DNA from: Deltaproteobacteria bacterium
GTDB lineage: Bacteria; Myxococcota_A; Polyangia; Fen-1088
Length of the DNA stretch: 64,000 bases
Assembly (NCBI GenBank): GCA_033763315.1
Contig: JANRKS010000040.1
Location: 160,001-224,000 of the forward strand
Direction of reading: 5' to 3'
The position numbers were made by a program, and so were the translations under genes. Below, in pieces: positions 20,193 to 28,849 of this stretch; the stretch's first letter is position 1; every line of letters starts with the position of its first letter. The notes under the pieces are model-generated. The model did no database searches and had not been told where the DNA came from. It saw only the letters and a program-made list of their open reading frames with translations.

Positions 20193-21323
20193 TTAGGCGG
20201 CGCTCTTTGCTTTTTTCAGTGCAGGCACGCGCGTGGTCCGCGCCACCCAGGGCAATAAGGGAGGCGCCCAGCGCAAGGCCCACATCGCCACGCGGGCGAA
20301 GGCTGGTTTGGGCAACCAACGGTGCAAAGGCAGCGCACGCCGCAAAACCTTGCGCGCCATGGCTCGCGCTTCCACGGCGTAAGCACAGGCTGGCAAACCT
20401 GCAGCGATGTGCTCGGCTGCCAACGAACCTGAAGCCATCGCGAATGAAATGCCGGTGCCGGTAAAAGACGGCAACACGGCAAATTGATCGCCCACAGCGA
20501 ACAAACCGGCCTGCGTTTCTTGATCGCAGTGACCGTAAGGCAAATTTGAGACGGTCTTGGGCCGGTCCCACACGGGCTGCGATTCCCGCAACACCATTTG
20601 CAAAAGCGGCACGCCGGGCGCAATCGCGCGCAACAGACCCAGCGGCTCGTCGCCCGCCTGCACGAGCACCGCAGGCAACACCAAAAGGCTCACAGTAAGC
20701 GTGCCCTCGCCCTCCACCGAGATCCCCCCATACCCGCCATCGAAGAAGAACAACCCCAAAGTTTCTCGCAAAGCCTCCGCCAAGGCTGCGCCCACGTGAT
20801 CGAAGTTCATCTTCCAGCCCACAAGGCTCGCTCCATCAGCGCCCGTGCGTGGGTGAAAACGGCCAAGCGCCTGTTTCCCGGTGGCCAACACCAGCGTCTT
20901 GACCTGCAAGCCTCCGTCGCTCGTGCGCAGCTCGAACGCCGTTTCGGTGCGCACCACATCTTTCACATGCACGCCCGTTTGCACATCCACCCCTCGCCCC
21001 TTGGCCTGCCCAAGCAGCCACGCGTCCAAAAAGCACCGCGAGACGCTTAACGCTTCGAAGGGCAACGGCATACCAACTGTGGCACCGTGTGATTCGATGC
21101 GCACGTGCCGCACGGGCGTGGCGCCCGCTTGCAACCACGGAAACGAAAGGGCATCCAACCTTGCCACAGCTTCGGGCGATAAGAACTCGCCGCACACCTT
21201 GTTTTTGGGCTCAGTGTTGCGTTCCAGAAGCTGACAGGCCACACCGGCGGCCGACAAGCCTAGGGCAGCCATGCTGCCTGCGGGACCCGCGCCCACCACA
21301 CACACGGGGCCGGTTGTCATCAA
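20193..21323 (-). CDS. FAD-dependent oxidoreductase/monooxygenase
   Basis: VVGAGPAG, KVCGEFLS, AVGD...PSFTGTGIS. Confidence 0.88.
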   Translation of the reverse strand: MMTTGPVCVVGAGPAGSMAALGLSAAGVACQLLERNTEPKNKVCGEFLSPEAVARLDALSFPWLQAGATPVRHVRIESHGATVGMPLPFEALSVSRCFLDAWLLGQAKGRGVDVQTGVHVKDVVRTETAFELRTSDGGLQVKTLVLATGKQALGRFHPRTGADGASLVGWKMNFDHVGAALAEALRETLGLFFFDGGYGGISVEGEGTLTVSLLVLPAVLVQAGDEPLGLLRAIAPGVPLLQMVLRESQPVWDRPKTVSNLPYGHCDQETQAGLFAVGDQFAVLPSFTGTGISFAMASGSLAAEHIAAGLPACAYAVEARAMARKVLRRALPLHRWLPKPAFARVAMWALRWAPPLLPWVARTTRVPALKKAKSAA

Positions 21324-21619
21324 ACCGCCTTTGGTTCGGCCACTGGAGGCGTGGTTAGTTGCGCCTGCACATAAACCACCACGTCGCCCACGGTGACGAA
21401 ACTGGCCGCCGCCTCTTGTGGGATCCGCACGTTCAGCATCTCTTCAAGCTCAAACAACAGCTCCAACGCCGCGAAAGAATCAAGACCGAGGTCATCTCGC
21501 AACTTTGTGCCATCCACCATGGCGCTGGCCTCAAGTTGCTTCTCGGTGACCTTGGCAAACGCCTGGGCCATCTTATCGACGATCATGTCGCGTGAGGGGA
21601 ACGCCGTTTCTTGCACCAT
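21320..21619 (-). CDS. Acyl carrier protein
   Basis: DLGLDSFAALE phosphopantetheine Ser motif, TVGDVV. Confidence 0.93.
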   Translation of the reverse strand: MVQETAFPSRDMIVDKMAQAFAKVTEKQLEASAMVDGTKLRDDLGLDSFAALELLFELEEMLNVRIPQEAAASFVTVGDVVVYVQAQLTTPPVAEPKAV

Positions 21620-21622
21620 GGA

Positions 21623-22867
21623 TCACTCCTTGCCAAACAAAAGCGCGACGTTGACGTTGCCAAAACCAAAAGAATTCGAGATCGCAAACCGCGCGCGCGT
21701 GGCCGTAGGCGTGGCCACAACGGCCAGTGGGCACAAGGGGTCGCGCGCCGTGAGGTTTGCGTTCGGCGGCAAGAGCCCTTCATGCAACGCTTTTACGGTC
21801 GCGATCGCTTCAAGCACCCCCGCCGCGCCCAACGTGTGGCCCGTGATCGGTTTGATCGATGAGATCGGCACACCGGCGGCGGCCTCGCCAAACACCAACT
21901 GCATGGCGCGCGCTTCGGCCACATCGTTCTCCCGCGTGGCCGTGCCGTGCGCGTTCACGTAACCGATTTGCTCGGGCGAAACGCCCGCATCACGCAAAGC
22001 CCCCTTCATGGCGGCCGCCGCATCCTCGCCATCGGGACGCGCATGCACGGCGTGGTACGCACCCAACGATTGGCCATAACCGCGCAGCACGCCATAGATG
22101 CGCGCGTTGCGGGCTTGCGCGTGCGCCAACGATTCAAGCACCAAAGCCCCTGCGCCTTCACCCAAGACGAAGCCATCGCGCTTCTCATCGAAGGGTTTGC
22201 AAGCCGAAGCCGGCTCATCGGCCGAGGCCGCTTTCGCCAACACGCCCAGCAAGGAAAACGCTGTCATGGAAAACGGTGATAGGGGCGTCTCCGCACCACC
22301 CGCCACAATCACATCCGCATCACCTTGCGCGATGGTGCGCATCGCTTGCCCCAAAGCGTGGGCGGAAGACGCGCACGCGCTGCTGATCACGAAGCCCGGC
22401 CCGCGCAATTGCAAAGACTGCGCAACGTCTGTGATGATCGCGGTGGGCGACACACGCGGCACCGTGTGGGGATGCATGCGGCTCTCACGCGATTGCATCA
22501 CGCGCCACATTTGTTCTTCCTGGAATTGAAGGCCTCCCAAGCCAGAGCCGAAGATCACACCCGCACGCGCACCCAACCCGGGGCCCGCAGGCAGCTCAAG
22601 ACCGGCGTCTCGCCACGCCTGCTGGCAAGCCACTTGGCTCAACCTCACCACCCGTTCGCCTTTGCGCACACCCCACGATTGCGCCGCTTCATCGAGGGCC
22701 CGATCGTCCACGGCCGCTTCGTAAAGTGCTGCCGGCGTCACCGTTTCAGAAGCCACCGTCCGCCGCACCGCCGATACACCCAAACTGACCCTGCGCCAAA
22801 AGGACGCCACATCGCAACCAGCGGCGCTCGCCACCCCTAAGCCCGTTATCGCAACGGCTCTACCCAT
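21623..22867 (-). CDS. Beta-ketoacyl-ACP synthase II-like (FabF family)
   Basis: RAVAITGLG, SSACASS (Cys), YVNAHGTAT and GHTLGAAG (His-His), SNSFGFG. Confidence 0.93.
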   Translation of the reverse strand: MGRAVAITGLGVASAAGCDVASFWRRVSLGVSAVRRTVASETVTPAALYEAAVDDRALDEAAQSWGVRKGERVVRLSQVACQQAWRDAGLELPAGPGLGARAGVIFGSGLGGLQFQEEQMWRVMQSRESRMHPHTVPRVSPTAIITDVAQSLQLRGPGFVISSACASSAHALGQAMRTIAQGDADVIVAGGAETPLSPFSMTAFSLLGVLAKAASADEPASACKPFDEKRDGFVLGEGAGALVLESLAHAQARNARIYGVLRGYGQSLGAYHAVHARPDGEDAAAAMKGALRDAGVSPEQIGYVNAHGTATRENDVAEARAMQLVFGEAAAGVPISSIKPITGHTLGAAGVLEAIATVKALHEGLLPPNANLTARDPLCPLAVVATPTATRARFAISNSFGFGNVNVALLFGKE

Positions 22868-22948
22868 GTAGGTGTTCCTAGCACGCCCCAGCCCCCCTTG
22901 CCCCGGCGCGTTCCACCGAAGCCTCAGGGCCGATGTCAACCGCGGCCG

Positions 22949-23221
22949 TTACGGATTGGCCCCACGATCGTGAGGTAAACACTCACGCAACCTTGCGAGC
23001 TGGGCGAGAACTTCGCGAACCTGTGGGAGCCACGCCGTTCCCTGCGGCGACAAACGCATGCCTTTGGATGTACGCAAAAACAGCGACACGCCTAACTCGT
23101 CTTCCAAGCTGCGGATCCGTCGCGTCAAGGGAGGTTGGCTTACGCGCAAACGTCTGGCGGCACGACCCACGTGGCCTTCCTCGGCCACGGCCACGAACGA
23201 CTCAAGCTGCACCAACGACAT
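22949..23221 (-). CDS. LysR-type wHTH-only transcriptional regulator (90 aa, no effector-binding domain)
   Basis: MSLVQLESFVAVAEEGHVGRAARRLRVSQPPLTRRIRSLEDELGVSLFLRT; stop follows the linker helix. Confidence 0.88.
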   Translation of the reverse strand: MSLVQLESFVAVAEEGHVGRAARRLRVSQPPLTRRIRSLEDELGVSLFLRTSKGMRLSPQGTAWLPQVREVLAQLARLRECLPHDRGANP

Positions 23222-23230
23222 AACCCAACG

Positions 23231-23305
23231 ATACACATCCTGTGCCTGGCATGCGATGCAAAACCGGTATTGGACGTCTTCCTTGATCACCGACACGCTT
23301 GCCTC
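23231..23305. promoter_or_regulatory. Divergent lysR/map control region: LysR T-N11-A box(es) and back-to-back promoters
   Basis: ATGC-N7-GTAT at 23256-23270 and imperfect ATAC-N7-GTGC at 23231-23245; TGGACG-N17-CACGCT-N6-GTG toward map; TATCGT-N6-ATG toward lysR. Confidence 0.6.
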
Positions 23306-24064
23306 GTGTCGATTCACATTCATACCCGCACCGAATGCGACGCCCTTCGAAAAGCCGGGCGCGTGGCGGCCGCGACGTTGGCGGCCATTGGAAAACGCAT
23401 TGTCCCAGGGATAAGCACCGGGCAAATCGACGAATGGGTCCGCCAGCACACGCGGGCCCAAGGCGCCCGCCCGAGCCAGCTTGGCTATCATGGCTTTCCC
23501 GCCGCCGTGTGCACGAGCCGCAACAACGTTGTGTGCCACGGCATTCCGAACCCGGGTGAAATGCTGTGCGACGGCGACATCATCAACGTCGATGTCACAA
23601 GCCACATCGGTGGGTTTCATGGCGATACGTCGGCCACCTTCTTTGTTGGTGTGCCAAGCGCGGCTGCGCGCCGTCTGGTGCAAACGACCCACCAGTGCCT
23701 CATGGCAGGCATCGAGCAGGTGTCGCCCCGCGCACGTTTGGGCGACATCGGCGCCGCCATTCAAGAGGTGGCCAAGCGGGCTGGTTTCTCGGTGGTCACA
23801 GCGTTTGGCGGCCACGGCATCGGCAAACAGATGCACATGCCGCCGCACATCGACCACGTTGGTAAACGCGGCCTCGGCCTGCGGCTTGCGCCCGGCATGG
23901 CTTTCACCATCGAACCCATGCTGAACGAGGGCAGCGCCGAGGTGGAACAGCTCGCAGATGGATGGACTGTGGTGACCAAGGACGGCGGCCTGTCAGCGCA
24001 GTTTGAGCACACAGTGCTCGTAACAGAGGCTGGCTGCGAGGTCTTAACTAGTTTGCGAACTTGA
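23306..24064 (+). CDS. map: Type I methionine aminopeptidase
   Basis: CTSRNNVVCHGIP, metal ligands NVDVT...GDTS, GHGIG..MH, TIEPM, AQFEHT; GTG start at 23306. Confidence 0.96.
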   Translation: MSIHIHTRTECDALRKAGRVAAATLAAIGKRIVPGISTGQIDEWVRQHTRAQGARPSQLGYHGFPAAVCTSRNNVVCHGIPNPGEMLCDGDIINVDVTSHIGGFHGDTSATFFVGVPSAAARRLVQTTHQCLMAGIEQVSPRARLGDIGAAIQEVAKRAGFSVVTAFGGHGIGKQMHMPPHIDHVGKRGLGLRLAPGMAFTIEPMLNEGSAEVEQLADGWTVVTKDGGLSAQFEHTVLVTEAGCEVLTSLRT

Positions 24065-25541
24065 CCGTCGCGTCCTTGAGCACAAACCGCGCGTCGCGCG
24101 CGTTGCGAAGGGGCTTGCCGTGCACAGACAGGCGCTTAATCACCACGCCCTCAATGTTGTGCTGCGGATCGTAGCCCCAAAACAAGGAGAACGGAAACAC
24201 GCCATCCACCACCTGCACGTTGTCGATCACAACGTCGCGGATCTTGCCGCGAAACGCCGCATGTTTGGCCAGGTCCTCGGCGGGAACCGTCAGCACGCCA
24301 TCCCAGGCACCGTGCAGGTAACGTCGCTCTCGTTCTTCTTTGCTTTCGGGCCGATCGGCGCTGTACTGGCTTAGGAATATCGCAAAATCGAACAACTTCT
24401 GGGTGGAATCCTCCACCCGCACATTCGAGAAGCGCACATTAGAAATCGTGGCATTGTCGCCGTTGTGAATGCTGAACACGGCACCATCTTCCACGTGAAT
24501 CACATCGCAGTCGTGGTAGTAGATGTTTGAGATCACATCGGAACGCAGTTCAAAACCAATCTCAATGGCATTGCCCCAAGCCGCATTCCAAAAAACGCTG
24601 TCCCACACTTCGATGTCTTTGCTGGTCACCTCTGTGGGATAGTCGAAAATGGCTTTGACCACGATGTTGTCGTCTTTGGTGTGAAAGAACGATTTTGAGA
24701 TCTTCACATTGCGGCTGCGCACGATGTCGATGCCATCGTCGCCCCCCGCATCACTTACGATCTTTAGGTTGGTGAACGTGAGGTTCTCGCAGTTGACGGG
24801 CACCACCTCCCACGCCTGGCCATTGGATAGCACCACGCCCTCGACCTCGATATTCTTGCAATCGCGCAAACTGATAAAGTGTCCACGCACCTTTTTGCCC
24901 TTCAACAGTTCGCGCAGGTTGGTGCCATCTAAGATGCCGCGGCCCAAGATCTTCACGTTGGATACGCCCTTGCCCTGGATGCTGCCCTCGACCACCGCGC
25001 CACCGGCGATGTAGACCGTCTCATTGTCTTTCACCTCGATCAAGCCCGGCTTGTGCACCTGGCCGGCCGCGAAGTAATGAACGCCAGGCGCGTTGGGCAG
25101 CGGCGCGTTCTTTTCGATAGGGTTCGCAAAAAGGAACAGCGGGTGCCGCTTGGGCTGACCATTGAGTTCCACAGAAAAGTTTCCGGCCTTCGAAAGTTTG
25201 AATGAAATCTTGTTGCCGTTCGTCACAGGCAACACGCGCCGGCTTAACGGGCGAACGTCGACCCACTTGGGATCGCGGCGCGATGTGATAACCACCTCCG
25301 CGGCGCCCTCGAACTCGAAAGAAGCGATCCCCGCAACCGGCGACTTATAGACAAAGACGTCTTTGCCGTTGACCTGCACGCTGTAATCTGGATCGTTTTC
25401 GAGGCCAGCGGGCGCCGGATACGTTCTCACTTCCGCGGCGGCGGGGGCAGCCAAGGCACACACGGGCGTCATGAAGGCTGCCATGAGGGTGCCGACGAAA
25501 GAGGATTGGCACAGGAGTCGAACCCGACGAGTCACTTGCAT
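24048..25541 (-). CDS. Secreted parallel beta-helix glycoside hydrolase (GH28/GH49-like)
   Basis: Signal peptide, YIAGGAVVEG, GRGILDG, DDGIDIV, TKDDNIVVK. Confidence 0.75.
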   Translation of the reverse strand: MQVTRRVRLLCQSSFVGTLMAAFMTPVCALAAPAAAEVRTYPAPAGLENDPDYSVQVNGKDVFVYKSPVAGIASFEFEGAAEVVITSRRDPKWVDVRPLSRRVLPVTNGNKISFKLSKAGNFSVELNGQPKRHPLFLFANPIEKNAPLPNAPGVHYFAAGQVHKPGLIEVKDNETVYIAGGAVVEGSIQGKGVSNVKILGRGILDGTNLRELLKGKKVRGHFISLRDCKNIEVEGVVLSNGQAWEVVPVNCENLTFTNLKIVSDAGGDDGIDIVRSRNVKISKSFFHTKDDNIVVKAIFDYPTEVTSKDIEVWDSVFWNAAWGNAIEIGFELRSDVISNIYYHDCDVIHVEDGAVFSIHNGDNATISNVRFSNVRVEDSTQKLFDFAIFLSQYSADRPESKEERERRYLHGAWDGVLTVPAEDLAKHAAFRGKIRDVVIDNVQVVDGVFPFSLFWGYDPQHNIEGVVIKRLSVHGKPLRNARDARFVLKDATVKFAN

Positions 25542-25688
25542 GCGGGCAGTATGCCCCGCACAATCGCACCAAGGCGCCTCTCATAACGAAAGTTTGTGGC
25601 CGAAGTCACGACGGGAAGGCACGCAAATCCATCTCCGCGAACCGTTCCTCTGGTTGTGCGTTCGTCGCTTTCGCATTAGGTAAAAGAC

Positions 25689-26849
25689 ATGAAAAACGCT
25701 CTGACCGCTCACATATGCGTTTTGTTCACATTCGTGCTGCTGCCCTTGGCCACCACGCTGGCCCGGCTCGCCCCGCCGGCGCGGGCCGACGACGACATCC
25801 CCACCCTCGCCATTGGCGCCAGCGCGCCCAACTTCGACCTGCCGGGCGTGGATGGCAAAAATCACAAGCTCGACGAGTATGCCAAGTCAGACGTATTGGC
25901 GGTTGTCTTCACCTGCAACCACTGCCCCACCGCGCAGTATTACGAAGATCGACTGAAGTCCCTCGTGACGACGTTCAAAGGCAAAAGCGTCAGCTTCGTG
26001 ATGATCTCGCCCAACGATCCAGACGCTGTGCGCCCCGACGAGTTGGGATACACAGATCTGTCTGACAGCTTCGACGACATGAAGCTGCGCGCGGCTGACA
26101 GGAAGTTCAATTTTCCTTATCTGTTTGGCGGTGGAAAGTACGAAGCCACATCGAAGGCCTACGGCCCCAAGGCCACCCCGCACGCCTTCGTGTTCGACAA
26201 GGCCCGCAAACTTCGGTACTCGGGGCGCGTGGATGATTCAGAACGGGTCAAGCTGGTGAAAAAGCAGGATCTGCGCGACGCCATCACGGCGTTGTTGACG
26301 AACAAGCCAATCGAGACGCCGGTACAAAAGGCTTTCGGTTGCTCCACCAAATGGTCAAACAAACGCGCGGACGTCAAAGACTACTGGAGCAAGATCGCCA
26401 AAGAGCCCGTCACTGTGAAGCCGCTGCCGATCAAAGACGCGCAAGCGCTGCGTGCGAACAAGGACAGCGGCAAGTTTCGTCTCGTCAACTTCTGGGCCAC
26501 CTGGTGTGGGCCTTGTGTCACCGAATTTCCTGAACTCATGCAGATGAACCGGCAATACCGCGGTCGCGACTTTGAGCTGGTTACGGTGGCCGCGCAATTC
26601 CCTGATGAAGAGAAGCAGGTGTTGGCATTTCTGAAGAAACAGCAGGCCAGCAATGCGAACTACTTATTCGGCGACAACGACAAGTACGCCTTGATGGAGT
26701 CGTTCGATAAGAAATGGGAAGGCGGCTTGCCCTTCACCATGTTGCTCGATCCCAAAGGCAAGGTGCTTTATCAAAAGCAGGGCTCGATTGAGGTGCAGAA
26801 GCTCAAAGCGCTCATCGTAAAAGCGTTGAACGCCCACCAGCCTTGGTAG
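25689..26849 (+). CDS. Exported tandem redoxin/thioredoxin-domain protein (AhpC/TSA-like + TlpA-like)
   Basis: Signal peptide, FTCNHCP, AFGCSTKW, NFWATWCGPC. Confidence 0.88.
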   Translation: MKNALTAHICVLFTFVLLPLATTLARLAPPARADDDIPTLAIGASAPNFDLPGVDGKNHKLDEYAKSDVLAVVFTCNHCPTAQYYEDRLKSLVTTFKGKSVSFVMISPNDPDAVRPDELGYTDLSDSFDDMKLRAADRKFNFPYLFGGGKYEATSKAYGPKATPHAFVFDKARKLRYSGRVDDSERVKLVKKQDLRDAITALLTNKPIETPVQKAFGCSTKWSNKRADVKDYWSKIAKEPVTVKPLPIKDAQALRANKDSGKFRLVNFWATWCGPCVTEFPELMQMNRQYRGRDFELVTVAAQFPDEEKQVLAFLKKQQASNANYLFGDNDKYALMESFDKKWEGGLPFTMLLDPKGKVLYQKQGSIEVQKLKALIVKALNAHQPW

Positions 26850-26851
26850 AT

Positions 26852-27928
26852 TCATTCCCGCATGCGGTCCCGCACGAACGGGCCGTGGCCAAACAACCAT
26901 TCGTCGGTCCAGCCACCGCCCACGGGCGCCCCTTCCTTGAGCAGGCAGCTTGAATCAGGCTTGCAGCCATCCAACTTCCACGCCGTCCAACTGATGCCAC
27001 GTTCGTTCATCCAGGTGTTCCAAACCTGTGCGGCATCCAAACACAATTTTCCATCGCGACCGCCGTCAGCGTTCGTGGCGCCCCACTCGGTCACAAACAG
27101 CGCCAAGCCTTTTTGCACCGCCAGATCGCCCAGGCCCCGCACAAGATCGGCGTGGCTGCACGAATAGAAGTGCAGGGTGTACATCAAGTTGTTACCTGTC
27201 AGCGGGCTGGCCGCGGCTTCATCCACCTTTTGCGACCATTGCGGCGTACCCAAAATGATGACGTTGTCGGGATCATGCGCGCGGATCGCAGCCACAACAG
27301 CTGCGTGGTAGGGCTTCAACACCTTCGCCCAACTCACTTGCAAGGGCTCATTGAACGTTTCCCACAGGACGTTCGGCACGTCTTTGAACTCTTGCGCCAA
27401 CGCGCCGAAAAACGCCACGGACTGCGCCTGATGCATGTGTGCGTTGTGGTCGTGCCAATCCACAATCACGTAAACGCCTTCAGCGATGGCGTTCTTAACG
27501 ATCGTCCGCACCTTGTCAGCGGCGGTGGCAGGATCCGTCAAATAGGCCCCCGCAGGCTCCACGCCCATGGCGGCGCGGATCACGCTTAGATTCCAGGCGT
27601 CGCGCATCCACGCCAAAGCCCCCCGGCTTTGCGCATAACCATCCGCTTCCCAATTGAGCCACATGCTGCTGGGGCCTTTGAGCTGCACCGGCCGCCCCAA
27701 AGCGTCGCACAGGCGCGTGCCGCACACGGAAAGTTGCCCAAACCACCACACAGGCGACCCCACCGGCCCAGGCCCCATCGCCGCCACCGCACCACCTCCA
27801 TCATCAATGCCGCCGTCGCCCGTGCGAGGGTTAAACGTCTTGCCTCCCGTGCCGTAATCCGGATCGGCGGCGCATCCGGACGAGCCTAAGCAAGCACAAA
27901 TCACAAGACCAACGAGGGCTGCTTTCAC
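26852..27928 (-). CDS. GH5 endoglucanase (cellulase) lipoprotein
   Basis: IRAAMG, IVDWH, WETFNEP (acid/base), HFY, FVTEWG (nucleophile). Confidence 0.92.
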   Translation of the reverse strand: MKAALVGLVICACLGSSGCAADPDYGTGGKTFNPRTGDGGIDDGGGAVAAMGPGPVGSPVWWFGQLSVCGTRLCDALGRPVQLKGPSSMWLNWEADGYAQSRGALAWMRDAWNLSVIRAAMGVEPAGAYLTDPATAADKVRTIVKNAIAEGVYVIVDWHDHNAHMHQAQSVAFFGALAQEFKDVPNVLWETFNEPLQVSWAKVLKPYHAAVVAAIRAHDPDNVIILGTPQWSQKVDEAAASPLTGNNLMYTLHFYSCSHADLVRGLGDLAVQKGLALFVTEWGATNADGGRDGKLCLDAAQVWNTWMNERGISWTAWKLDGCKPDSSCLLKEGAPVGGGWTDEWLFGHGPFVRDRMRE

Positions 27929-28021
27929 CTTCGAACAACACCCCTTCTACACAAGGTGAGAACATGTAACGAATCGCTCAGCCACAGGCATAGGGAGCCG
28001 CCCTCAGTTACAGTCGTACCC

Positions 28022-28765
28022 ATGCTTCTTGTGGCCCTGCGTTCACCACCCTTCGACGCCCCGCTGGTTGCGAACATCGCCACCGCCTTGCATCTAACCC
28101 CCGCAGACGTTCGACCGCGCACCACCGGGCCCGGGCCGTGGGTGCTTTCGATCGCAAACGAAGGGCTAGACGAGGGTGTTGCGCGCTTGGCCTCGCTTGG
28201 CATCCACGCCGTGCTGGTGGATCCCGCGCTGACCCCAACTGACGACGATCGGGTGCTGGCGCGCAGCTTGACGATCACAAAAACCCAACTGCTGGTCACT
28301 GATGGCGGCGGTGTGACACACGCATGCCCGTGGCCATCATTGGCGTTGCTGCAGAGAGGAACGCGCAACTCCACGACCCGCCAAACCACGAAGACCACGC
28401 AGCGCAAGCTGTCGATGGGCCGAGCGCTTCTGACCGGTGGCTTATCGCTTACAAAGAAGGAGGTGGTGGAGGAGACAAAGACCACCCTACTTTCGGAGCG
28501 CTTCGTGCTGTTGAGCCGCAACGACGGCGAAAGCGATGTGATGCTCTACGAGCGCCGTGTGAATTACCAGTTTTTGGGCCCAGCCATGCAGGCTTCCAGT
28601 TTTGCGAACCTGCAAAGCGCGGTGGCGCTGATTCTCACTCACCAACCAGTGCCAGAAGACGCCCGGGTGGCGACGCCCGGTTTCGTCGGACGATTGCCGA
28701 AAACGCGCGTCGACCCGGTGGACCTCGCGCTGCACCTAGCGCAGCTCGTCAATGTCGTGAATTAA
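28022..28765 (+). CDS. Hypothetical protein
   Basis: Long ORF filling the gap between genes; TACAGT-N7-ATG at 28009-28024; no family recognised. Confidence 0.65.
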   Translation: MLLVALRSPPFDAPLVANIATALHLTPADVRPRTTGPGPWVLSIANEGLDEGVARLASLGIHAVLVDPALTPTDDDRVLARSLTITKTQLLVTDGGGVTHACPWPSLALLQRGTRNSTTRQTTKTTQRKLSMGRALLTGGLSLTKKEVVEETKTTLLSERFVLLSRNDGESDVMLYERRVNYQFLGPAMQASSFANLQSAVALILTHQPVPEDARVATPGFVGRLPKTRVDPVDLALHLAQLVNVVN

Positions 28766-28849
28766 ACAGTAGACGAGTGAAACGCACGTCACACACATGG
28801 TAACATTTCATACCACTTCGTATCATGCGCTGGTACCTTAAGTGTAACC

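Noticed and set aside
22868-22948. Possible frameshifted remainder of a LysR effector domain (pseudogene)
   Set aside because: Only 81 bp before the fabF-like start and no recognisable LysR substrate-domain remnant; a clean deletion cannot be excluded without homolog comparison.
22949-23857. 302-aa ORF that has the length of a full LysR regulator
   Set aside because: The HTH lies at its C-terminal end and the preceding ~210 codons are the antisense of map; the real gene most likely starts at ATG 23221.
28776-28810. LacI-like half sites (TGAAACG, GGTAACATTTCA) upstream of the GH140-like gene
   Set aside because: Palindromes are too degenerate and no LacI regulator is in the window.
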